Below the pieces are notes generated by a model that made no database searches, was not told where the DNA came from, and saw nothing but the letters and a program-made list of their open reading frames with translations. From the NCBI GenBank assembly GCA_963835065.1, contig CAWIEK010000004.1, positions 1 to 33,897 on the forward strand: a stretch of 33,897 bases of DNA, given 5' to 3'. The translations under genes and the position numbers were made by a program. This DNA comes from an uncultured Chthonomonadaceae bacterium (GTDB lineage: Bacteria > Armatimonadota > Chthonomonadetes > Chthonomonadales > Chthonomonadaceae). Below are positions 1 to 8,386 of the stretch, piece by piece; positions within the stretch are counted from its first letter, which is position 1; every line of letters begins with the position of its first letter.

Positions 1-293
1 ATCCACAGGCATTAGGCATTAGGCAAGAAACATTAGAAAAGAACAAGTCCTTCTAATGCCTGGTGCCTGATGCCTAATGCCTGTTTTTTGCGCGCTTTAC
101 TCACCTCCCCATGCAAGGAAGTGGGCACATCCGGTATTAGCACCCCTTTCGGAGTGTTGTCCCGGTCTTTCGGGCAGGTTGCTTACGTGTTACGCGACCG
201 TTCGCCGCTAGAGTATTGCTACTCCCGCTCGACTTGCATTTCTTAGGCACGCCGCAAGCGTTCGTCCTGAGCCAGGATCAAACTCTCCATCAA
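1..293 (-). rRNA. rrs: 16S rRNA gene, 5' portion (runs off the window start), with an insertion in helix 10
   Basis: The reverse complement of 267-286 is the 27F site AGAGTTTGATCCTGGCTCAG. It is followed by GACGAACGCTTGCGGCGTGCCTAAGAAATGCAAGTCG and the conserved GCTAATACCG. After helix 9 and AAAGCGC the sequence departs from 16S at about position 90. The 5' end is estimated from the 27F position. Confidence 0.97.
5..84. repeat. GGCATTA/GGCATCA heptamer hairpin element (family A, copy 1) inside the 16S gene
   Basis: ACAGGCATTAGGCATTAGGCA (5-25) pairs with TGCCTGATGCCTAATGCCTGT (64-84) with one G.T. An inner stem CATTAGAA (31-38)/TTCTAATG (51-58) is also present. Confidence 0.9.
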
Positions 294-618
294 GTAAACC
301 TGATGTAAAACTCGAACACCTGAATAAATCCAAGCATCGAGGTTGAGAACATTTTTATGTAACTGCTCCGAAGAACAATTACAGTGATCTGGCCCATCTT
401 TGTGGATTTTACTCCACATTGTAAAGTTACATATGGCACGTGTACGAAACTCAAAACGTCACACGCGACTCTCAAGGATCAACAGCAAGCTAACGTTCTA
501 ACACTGAGAGCGTCAGCCGTCGAACAGACAAGACTACTCGGTTATACTATCACGGTGGGTTGTGTCGGGAGGAGAACTCTCGGTCACAGCGCTTCGGAGA
601 TTACTGCCGGGGCGTCTT

Positions 619-848
619 TCGTTCAAGCCTTAGTAGTATACACTGCTTCGCCGCATTTGTCAAGGGCACTTTTTCAAGTCTTTTTCTTAACGACTGCGTC
701 AGTTTGTGTATCGTTCAAGCCTAAACTAGTATACACTATTGCAGTGCTTTTGTCAAGAACGCTTTTGCAAGTTTCTCTCAACATTTGCGTCTGCCGGTGT
801 ATGTCGTTCAAGCCTTAGTAGTATACACCTGCTCCGCCCTGTTGTCAA
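619..848 (-). promoter_or_regulatory. Three tandem sigma70-type rRNA operon promoters
   Basis: TTGACA-17 bp-TATACT occurs three times on the minus strand: -35/-10 at 658-663/635-640, 751-756/728-733 and 843-848/820-825. Each is followed by a near-identical start region ending AGGCTTGAACGA. Confidence 0.9.
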
Positions 849-890
849 GGGGCGTTGCGAAACTTTTTTCACATCGTTTTAACGGTTCGT

Positions 891-1988
891 TTATGGCGTT
901 TCCACACGCTCGTGCCGCATGATAATGGAAGGGATTGCTTGCAGGCGCTTCCATGTGGTTTCGATTGCCGCCTCTCCCATATCGCAGCCGATCCACCTGC
1001 GTCCTAACTTTTGCGCAACCGCAAGCGTCGTGCCGCTTCCACAGCAAAAATCGCCTACGAGATCACCCTCATTGGTGGACGCCAGCAATATGCGTTCCAG
1101 CAACGCTTCCGGTTTCTGCGTCGGATAGCCGGTTCGCTTGGCGCTTGCCTGATTTTCTATGTCTATGTTCCAGTAATCAACCGGCAGCGTTCCCTCTCCC
1201 AAATAGTGCCGGTACGTCAATCCGGGGTACAGCGTCTCGTATTCAAGGGGCAGGTCGCGCTTACACCTTATAGGGCTGTTCACAATGCCCCGGCCCATCA
1301 AACGGTACGCGCCCTTCTCATCCCGGTGGCGGTACTTGCGGATGTTCGACTCGGCATATGGCTGCTGCACCCGATTGTAGTTGAAGGTAAAGCGCTCGCC
1401 CTTGCTGTAAAATAGAAGGGTGTCGTGCTTACGGTTCCAGCGCTTTTTAGAATTAATCGCTTCCCGGTAACACCAGATGATCTCGTTTTGGAACCGCTCA
1501 CCGCCAAAAATCTCGTCCAGCAGCAGTTTCGCGTAATGTGCCGCCTGCCAGTCCAGATGCAGATACAACACGCCGTCTTCCGCCAGCAGACTATGGCACA
1601 AAACCAACCGATCATATAGCCATTGCAGGTACGTCGCCAGATCGCCCTTCCATTTGTCCGTATACGCATGAACCGGCGTTTGCCCCGCTTCACCGTCTAA
1701 CACTTTATCACGACCCAATGCCTTCTCTCTCGCAGTCAAGGCCATGTGAAAATCGGAACCCGTGAAGAACGGAGGATCAAGGTACACAAGTCGAAACATG
1801 CCTGCAAGTTCCTGTTTCAGCGCGGTCATCACAAGCAGATTGTCGCCTTGAATCAGCCGTCCGGCAGGCGTACCGCTGTCTGCATTGCCATACGTCTCCA
1901 CGCAGCGCAAAATCGGCGCCGCTATGGGCGTAAGCGCCGCCGTCCTTTTCCCTTTCCAGACCAGTTCCACGCCGTCAGATGCCGCCAC
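891..1988 (-). CDS. Site-specific DNA methyltransferase (N6-adenine/N4-cytosine, beta class, Mod-like)
   Basis: Motifs LIQGDNL, YLDPPF, YPTQKPEALLERI and DFCCGSGTT occur in beta-class order. The probable GTG start at 1988 overlaps the upstream TAG. The ORF track extends to 2084, inside the upstream gene. Confidence 0.9.
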   Translation of the reverse strand: MAASDGVELVWKGKRTAALTPIAAPILRCVETYGNADSGTPAGRLIQGDNLLVMTALKQELAGMFRLVYLDPPFFTGSDFHMALTAREKALGRDKVLDGEAGQTPVHAYTDKWKGDLATYLQWLYDRLVLCHSLLAEDGVLYLHLDWQAAHYAKLLLDEIFGGERFQNEIIWCYREAINSKKRWNRKHDTLLFYSKGERFTFNYNRVQQPYAESNIRKYRHRDEKGAYRLMGRGIVNSPIRCKRDLPLEYETLYPGLTYRHYLGEGTLPVDYWNIDIENQASAKRTGYPTQKPEALLERILLASTNEGDLVGDFCCGSGTTLAVAQKLGRRWIGCDMGEAAIETTWKRLQAIPSIIMRHERVETP

Positions 1989-4148
1989 TAGAGCCTGCCT
2001 ATCCCCGCAGGCACGGTGGAACGGTAGGCGTTTTTCATCAGCCCTATGTTGGAACCCATTGGCTTTCGCTGAGACGTTGCCCACATCGCTACGGCGTTCC
2101 TGAAATCAACATCGTCCTTGTAATCGGAGGTATGGGAATCAGAAGCATTGGCGGAACCGGATTTTTCCTCTACATGATTGCTGTCGAAGCGAACGGTTTT
2201 GTCGGTCAGGCCGTCCTGCAATTCCAGCCACTTGCCGCCAACGCAAACGTTATTGACGACGGAGTTCCCGGACGCAAAGGACGGATTTTCCGCTTCTATT
2301 GTCGCCAGTTTCGGATAGCGCGTACTATATGGCGGTTTCCGGTAATCCATTGCCGCGAGTTTCTGCTGCATCTGCCAGTCGCCGCCCGGTTCAATGTACT
2401 TTTTGGCCCAGCCGATTCCCCGCGCATCCACATGCACTGAAGGATTGCAGGCGACGAAAACATTGTTGTCAATGGTATTGTCGCGCCCGCCGCCAAGCAG
2501 TACGCCCCGCCCGGCTTTGTAGAAAATGTTGCCGAACACCGTCGTGCCGCTTGCCGCATCATCCAGATACACGCCCATCGCGTCGAAAAACCCTTCGCCG
2601 CCAAAGTCCGCTTTCGGCCCACCGAGATTGTGGAAAAAGTTATAGCGAATCACATTGCCGCGCATCGTCCAGTCGCGCCCCATATAAAACGCGCCCACAT
2701 CCCCCGTTTCGCGGCATACATCATGCACGTCGTTGTACTCCACAACATGCTCGTTGCCGCTCAATTGAATGGCGTTGTGCGGCCCGTTGTAAATCAGGTT
2801 GTGCGAAACGCGGTTGCCGACGCCGTTGATTGCCACTGCCGGACGATAGCAGCGCACCCACCGGCTGTAATCGTGTATCTCGTTGTTGTGCGCGAAATTA
2901 CCCGCCGCCACAAGCGTTTTGCGGTCGCCGCCGTTCAGATTGATGCCGCCCTGCCCCGTGTCATAGAGCGTACAGCTATCTACGCCGTTGTCCGTTCCGC
3001 CGTCAATATTGACGCCTGCTAATCCCGTGTTGCGAATGGTGCAGGCGGAAACGCGGTTATGCGCCCCGCCCTTGATTTCAACCGCCATCCCCCGCGTATC
3101 TTCCAGCGTGAAGCCCTGCATGGTAATGTTGGAAGCGTTGTCAAGCCGAATTAACGGCTCATCCAGCAGCGAAACCGTGACGCGCTTGGTTTCGGTAATC
3201 GGCGCAGGCGGCCAAAAGTAGAGTACGCCCGCCTTGCGATCCAGATACCATTCTCCCGGCGCATCCAGTTCTTCCAGCGCGTTCAGGGCATAGAACCGCT
3301 TGCCTTTGGTGTAGCCATACGCGCCGTGCGGTTCCTGCGTGAAAATGGCATGAGTTGCGGCATCAATGGATTTGATTTTGGTGTAAGAGTCCGCCCAATC
3401 GAACGACCAGTAGCCATGCAGCCACACATCCTCGGCGTTCTTCCATCTCGCGGGACGATTTTCCGTCTTGGCCGCGTCATAAGTGAACGTGCCGCCGTTC
3501 TGTCCCTGCGGCGTGTCGGCAATGGTCGCCCACCCCTTGTTCGGCCAGCGCGCAATCTGCATCGGTTTGGATTGGAAAAACACTTCCAGACCGTGCAGCG
3601 CGGGCGCAAACGTTTGTCCATTGGGCGTAATCTCGCCGAAATCGGTAATACCCTGCGCCCTCAAATCGGCCTGCATCACCTTGCCCCGGCACTCCGGTTC
3701 CATGCGGCTCAACACGGCCTCATCCGTCACCGGCTTCCAGTCCGCCACCTCCCGCCCGCCGATAATCCGTACCGTCTCGTCCTTGTACGCGGCATACAAA
3801 GTGGGAAGCGAATTGTTAAGGCCGCTGTCCTCTTGCGTCAATGTAAAACTCTGCGTTTGTGGGTACACACCGCCCCGAACAAAAATGCGAACGCAGCCAA
3901 AGTCCATCTGGCGTGTTACCCGGCGCTTTCCGCGCCGCCTGCTGCGCCCGAACCAGCGTAGCGAACGGCCCATCCGTACCCGCTTTGTTAGGCGCAGGCA
4001 GTTTCCCCGACCACGTATCCCGCCCATTCATCGCCACATAGTAAACCGCAATCACCGGACGCGCCCATGATGTTTGCATAGTCAACACCAAAAACAAGGT
4101 ACAAACGGCTATGTAAAATTTGACTGATTTCATCTTCTTTTGCTTCAT
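1988..4148 (-). CDS. Secreted right-handed parallel beta-helix (pectin lyase-like) protein, frameshifted near 3895
   Basis: A signal peptide and YYVAMNGRDTWSG...DGPFATL (ORF 3816..4148) continue in another frame as VRIFVRGGVY and beta-helix repeats (ETGDVGAFY, GVYLDD) in ORF 1988..4027. Confidence 0.8.
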
Positions 4149-4207
4149 CCTACTTCACCTGCAAATGAACCGATTACAAGTTATCTACGCTCCGTGTACA
4201 GTGGTGG

Positions 4208-4808
4208 TTATGGCTGTGCAATGCCTGCTGCATCCAATGCCTGCTTCAACAGTTCAGATAAATTCAACTCTGCCGCCCAGTAGCTTAAGTAGTCATGGTC
4301 CAGCGTATCATTGTACCTTCAGCATTCCCTGAACGTCCCGCCATTGCCGATCCGAAACGCCACCGCCCATGCGAAACCAATTCAGCTTCTGTAAGACCAT
4401 GTCTTCAGGACTTGCGACATATACCAGACATGGTATCTCCCACCACTCCAATCGATTCGAGGCGGCGTCTGCCCGCGATTCCTCTTCCTCTGCCCAAGGC
4501 GTATGCGGCATCACGAAGAAATCGGCTTTGAACGCTGTCGTCAGATGAATGGCGTTAAACGAACTGTGAAGCGCAATGGCATCTCGTACACAATTCGTCG
4601 TCAATGTAGAACTCTTCCTCCAATGGCCTCCACAAGCGGCGCAACGTGTTCCGGTTCTCAAGTCCGCGACGAAATCAATGTCATTCGTGTGCTAGAAATT
4701 CTCCATGTACTGCGAACTGGCCATGGAGCCACCAAGCCAGTACACCACATCTTGCCGCTCAAGAACGCGGATGACCAAACTCGATGCTAGTATCGGTTCA
4801 GATGCCAT
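4208..4808 (-). pseudogene. Nucleotidyltransferase-like protein with several frameshifts or stops
   Basis: Fragments in different frames read YWLGGSMASS, TNDIDFVADL, SSFNAIHLTTAFKADFF and VASPEDMVLQKLNWFRMGGGVSDRQWRDVQGML. The GGS...DID pattern is typical of minimal nucleotidyltransferases. Confidence 0.65.
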
Positions 4809-4809
4809 G

Positions 4810-5069
4810 AGTAGACCTTTCACGTCGTGTATCGCCATACCATACACTTTACGCATGATGTCCGCAGGCAACCGGCGGGCTGCAACTCTCAGTTGGCATT
4901 CCCGTTCGTCGCTTCCGGGCACTGCTCCCGAACGTCTGCTCGCGCCATCAATTCCACCATCTGCGTCAGTTCCGTAACACGCTCCATTTTTCGGCATCGT
5001 CATTTTCCGCTGACGCTCAATCAGCATCTGCTTGATTCTTGGATGCGTATCATCAAGCGTCTGCGTCAT
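4810..5069 (-). CDS. Small helical partner (antitoxin-like) upstream of the nucleotidyltransferase-like gene; reading frame disturbed
   Basis: MTQTLDDTHPRIKQMLIERQRKMT...ERECQLRVAARRL abuts the downstream ATG. The 3' boundary is approximate. Confidence 0.45.
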
Positions 5070-5174
5070 CAGGTTCGACTTCAAAGACTGCTCTCCATGT
5101 ATACTAACGGCATGTCGGAAGTTCAATATAACGGCAAGTTGATCTGGAAAACAAGACGGGAATATACGTTACGC

Positions 5175-5471
5175 TCATGACAGCAGCGGCTGAATGTTCA
5201 GTAAGCGCATCACATTGGCAAGCGACAGCCCACGCCTGCGGCCAATTTCCGCCAAAAACTCCAGACGCGCCACATTAATGCCTTCCAGAGTGTTCGTCAG
5301 TTCCATCAACTCACGATGTTCCTCCGGCGTCAATTGCTCTTGCTCCAGTTGCCGCCGTAAGAAATGAAAACGTCCTTGCGTGTTGCTGTCAACGGTATTT
5401 TGGAAGCAGCGCAGTTTTTCCGCTTCCTCCTCCGTCAAGTTTAAGGTTACTTCTGCCTGCGCAGCGCTCAT
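5175..5471 (-). CDS. Small hypothetical helical protein (antitoxin-like)
   Basis: The ORF includes LTPEEHRELMELTNTLEGINVARLEFLAEIGRRRGLSL, which resembles small proteins often found just upstream of HNH nuclease genes (recalled, not searched). Confidence 0.6.
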   Translation of the reverse strand: MSAAQAEVTLNLTEEEAEKLRCFQNTVDSNTQGRFHFLRRQLEQEQLTPEEHRELMELTNTLEGINVARLEFLAEIGRRRGLSLANVMRLLNIQPLLS

Positions 5472-5533
5472 GATGTTTGCTCCTGTCAACCAACGACGGC
5501 GGCTTGGTTACTCCTGAATGTTGATTCTACACT

Positions 5534-7045
5534 TTAGAAGTCCGCGCTGCCGGGAGTTCTTGGGAACGGAATCACGTCGCGGATGTTTTTCATGCCGGTC
5601 AGGTACAGCATCAGGCGCTCGAAGCCCAGTCCGAAACCGGCGTGAGGGGCGCTGCCGTACTTGCGCAGTTCCAGATACCACCAGTACGCGGCCTCGTTCA
5701 ACTCCTGCTTACGGATTTTTGCGAGCAATACGTCATGGCGTTCCTCACGCTGACTGCCGCCGATAATCTCGCCGATACGCGGAGCCAGCACGTCCATCGC
5801 CCGCACCGTTTTGTCATCGTCGTTGGCTCGCATGTAAAAGGCTTTGATTTCCTTTGGGTAATCCGTCACAATGACCGGCTTTTTGAACGTCTGCTCCGTC
5901 AAATATCGCTCATGCTCGCTTTGTAAGTCCACGCCCCACCGTACCTCAAACTCGAACGGGTGTCCGCCGTCCCGCGCTTGTTCCAGAATACGAATCGCTT
6001 CCGTGTACGTCACATGCTCGAAGTCGCTGCTGACGACGTGTTCCAGCGTTTCCAGAACCGTGTTGTCAATGCGCTTGTTGAAGAACTCCAAATCGGGCAG
6101 GCACGAATCCATGACTTTGCCGATGATGCTTTTGAGGAAACTTTCGGCAAGTTCCATATTGCCCTGCAAGTCGCAAAACGCCATTTCCGGTTCGATCATC
6201 CAGAACTCGGCCAGATGGCGCGGCGTGTTGGAGTTTTCCGCCCGAAACGTCGGCCCGAACGTATACACGTTGGAAAAACTAAGCGCGAAAATCTCGGCTT
6301 CCAATTGCCCACTCACGGTCAGAAACGCCGGCTTGCCGAAAAAATCGGCCTCGTAGTTGATGCGTTCCACCAGTTTAGCATCGGCTTGCCTGCCGCCCGA
6401 CGGGTTTTCGCCACTGCCCGCAGAACCCGCACCGGAAGCAGGATGGGAACCACCTTCCCCGCTTCCCGCCTTCGGTTCCGCCTTGATGCGCGGCAGGTTC
6501 ATCAGGTCGAGCGTGGTCACGCCGAACATCGCGCCCGCGCCCTCCGCGTCGCTTGCCGTGATGATAGGCGTATGCACGTACAAAAAGCCGCGCTCCTGAA
6601 AAAAGCTGTGAATAGCCCACGCCAGCGCGTTGCGAACCCGAAAGACGGCTCCGAACGTGTTGGAACGGGTGCGCAGGTGCGCAATGTCGCGCAAAAACTC
6701 CATCGTATGCCCCTTCTTTTGCAGGGGATACGTGCCCGGATCGGCGCTGCCGTACACTTCGATCTCTTTGGCCTTCAACTCCACGCTTTGCCCCGCAGCC
6801 GGGCTTGCCACCAGTTCGCCGGTGACGCGCAGACACGCGCCCGTCGTCACTTCCTTCAGCGTGTCCTCGCCAATCGTGCCGGCTTCAATCACCACCTGCA
6901 AGTCGGCAAAGCACGAGCCGTCGTTGAGTTGGGCAAAAAACACGCCCTTCTGGTCGCGCCGCGTCTTCACCCACCCATGCGCCGTCACCGTCTGCCCCAC
7001 CGCGCCGTTCAATATATCTTTAATGTATTCGCCTGGTTCAATCAT
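5534..7045 (-). CDS. asnS: Asparagine--tRNA ligase
   Basis: It has an OB-fold N-terminus ([13 protein letters not shown]) and class IIb motifs [45 protein letters not shown] and GFGLGFERL. The start was chosen at MIEPGEY. Confidence 0.97.
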   Translation of the reverse strand: MIEPGEYIKDILNGAVGQTVTAHGWVKTRRDQKGVFFAQLNDGSCFADLQVVIEAGTIGEDTLKEVTTGACLRVTGELVASPAAGQSVELKAKEIEVYGSADPGTYPLQKKGHTMEFLRDIAHLRTRSNTFGAVFRVRNALAWAIHSFFQERGFLYVHTPIITASDAEGAGAMFGVTTLDLMNLPRIKAEPKAGSGEGGSHPASGAGSAGSGENPSGGRQADAKLVERINYEADFFGKPAFLTVSGQLEAEIFALSFSNVYTFGPTFRAENSNTPRHLAEFWMIEPEMAFCDLQGNMELAESFLKSIIGKVMDSCLPDLEFFNKRIDNTVLETLEHVVSSDFEHVTYTEAIRILEQARDGGHPFEFEVRWGVDLQSEHERYLTEQTFKKPVIVTDYPKEIKAFYMRANDDDKTVRAMDVLAPRIGEIIGGSQREERHDVLLAKIRKQELNEAAYWWYLELRKYGSAPHAGFGLGFERLMLYLTGMKNIRDVIPFPRTPGSADF

Positions 7046-7208
7046 TTGTTCTGCCTCAGTGCGTCTAAATTTGTGATGATTATGGCTTTGTTCGCAAAAG
7101 CATGGCAGTAGATTCGCCATACAGTCGGCTTTGTCCTGCGAAACCACCTTATTGCCTCTACGTACACATGACATAAGCTCTGTTCATTCTATTAGGAAAG
7201 GCAAAATA

Positions 7209-7433
7209 ATGCCTAAAGGAAACAAGCGTCACGCATCTGGTTTTGGCAGTATCTTGGAAGGGCTAATACCAATTGCAATTTTTGCCGTTCTTCTTGCTAT
7301 TGTTAGCGCGATTGTCCTTCCTATCCTCAAAGAAATTCGCGTTCATCATGCGGTAAATACCGCACATCGCTTACTGCTTGGAACACTGCTGTCGTGGATT
7401 TCAGCAGGTATCAAGGGTTTATCTAAATTCTAG
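7209..7433 (+). CDS. Small membrane protein with a degenerate prepilin-like N-terminus
   Basis: AGGAAAGG precedes the ATG. The sequence KRHASGFGSILEGLIPIAIFAVLLAIVSAIVLP is a basic leader plus GF and a hydrophobic helix. The DNA is AT-rich. Confidence 0.45.
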   Translation: MPKGNKRHASGFGSILEGLIPIAIFAVLLAIVSAIVLPILKEIRVHHAVNTAHRLLLGTLLSWISAGIKGLSKF

Positions 7434-7539
7434 ATTACCTGATGAGAATACTAAATTTAGAACGGCTATGCAAGGCTTAGGTTGTTTGCTGATGCTCTAC
7501 ATTGCCGTGACAGTTATACCATTCATCTTTCTAGCGTTA

Positions 7540-8370
7540 TTAGCGTTGCGCTGGTATATTCATCCTGTTCCGTGATTTTGCAGGAGAAACAGCGGCAGAC
7601 AGGCGGAGCATTTCAGGAATGGTGACGAAGGTAAAACCGCGCTGTTCGAGGCGGGTGAGGATTTCGGGCAAGGCTTTGGCGGTGTGCGCTTTGCCGCTGC
7701 TGTCGTGCATCAGTACGATGTCGCCGGGATTGATGCCTTCCGTTACGTTGTCGCGCACAACGGTGTAATCCTGCGTGGCGGTATCCGCGCCCGATACGCT
7801 CCACAAAATAATGGCGTCTTTTTCCTGCCGCGCAATTTTGGTGTAGTGGCTTTTCACATCCCCATACGGCGGACGGAACAGCACCGGGTCGTGTCCTGTC
7901 GCTGCCCGTACCAACTCCCGCGTTTGTTTCATCTCTCGTTCCGCCACTGCCTGCGCAGGCCGTATCGCATGGGTGTAACTGTGACAGCCGACAACATGCC
8001 CCTCCGCAACCGCCTGCCGTACCAGTTGCGGATACTGCTTCACGTTCTGCCCCATGACAAAAAACGTCGCGTGGGCATGATGCTGTTTCAGCAAGGCGAG
8101 AATTTGCGGCGTGATGTTGGCGGAAGGTCCATCATCAAACGTCAGCGCAACCGCTTTCAGGGCAATACCATGCCTGCCGCTGCTGATCGCTTTGCCCCGA
8201 TACTGCGCAGGCACACTCCAAGCGTCTATGGGCATTTGTGACGCTGCCGACTTGACTTGCTGCGCATCCGCGTATGGCCTGCCACAGAACAAAATTAGCA
8301 ACAGCCCCAAACACCTGAACACCTGAGTACCTGAATACCGATATTCCCATTCGCGTTTATTCGCGTTCAT
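7540..8370 (-). CDS. Polysaccharide/peptidoglycan deacetylase (NodB/CE4), probably exported
   Basis: Motifs ALTFDDGP, ATFFVMG, HSYTH, FRPPYG and IVLMHD are present, with a hydrophobic N-terminal segment. Confidence 0.92.
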   Translation of the reverse strand: MNANKREWEYRYSGTQVFRCLGLLLILFCGRPYADAQQVKSAASQMPIDAWSVPAQYRGKAISSGRHGIALKAVALTFDDGPSANITPQILALLKQHHAHATFFVMGQNVKQYPQLVRQAVAEGHVVGCHSYTHAIRPAQAVAEREMKQTRELVRAATGHDPVLFRPPYGDVKSHYTKIARQEKDAIILWSVSGADTATQDYTVVRDNVTEGINPGDIVLMHDSSGKAHTAKALPEILTRLEQRGFTFVTIPEMLRLSAAVSPAKSRNRMNIPAQR

Positions 8371-8377
8371 TCGCGGC
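8308..8377. repeat. Octamer (TGAACACC/TGAATACC-like) and decamer (ATTCGCGTTY) tandem repeats overlapping the deacetylase start
   Basis: AAACACCTGAACACCTGAGTACCTGAATACC is followed by ATTCGCGTTTATTCGCGTTCATTCGCGG. Confidence 0.75.
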
Positions 8378-8386
8378 TAAAACTCC

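Noticed and set aside
619..848. Three ~25-bp direct repeats with regular spacing, resembling a CRISPR array
   Set aside because: The repeats contain -10 boxes with TTGACA exactly 17 bp away, the gaps of ~67 bp are too long for spacers, and no cas genes are present. They are rrn promoters.
290..1047. ORFs 290..475, 384..818 and 808..1047
   Set aside because: They overlap the rRNA leader and promoters and show no protein motifs.
5960..7111. Long antisense ORFs (for example 5960..7111, 16418..17479, 22065..23333, 24597..25508, 29623..30477)
   Set aside because: They are shadow frames of well-supported genes in GC-rich DNA.
7046..7174. N-terminal extensions in the ORF track (asnS to 7174, M56 to 19516, BlaI to 20308, glycosidase from 21984)
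   Set aside because: Downstream ATGs fit better, with an RBS or domain start. The extensions run through repeats, operators or neighbouring genes.
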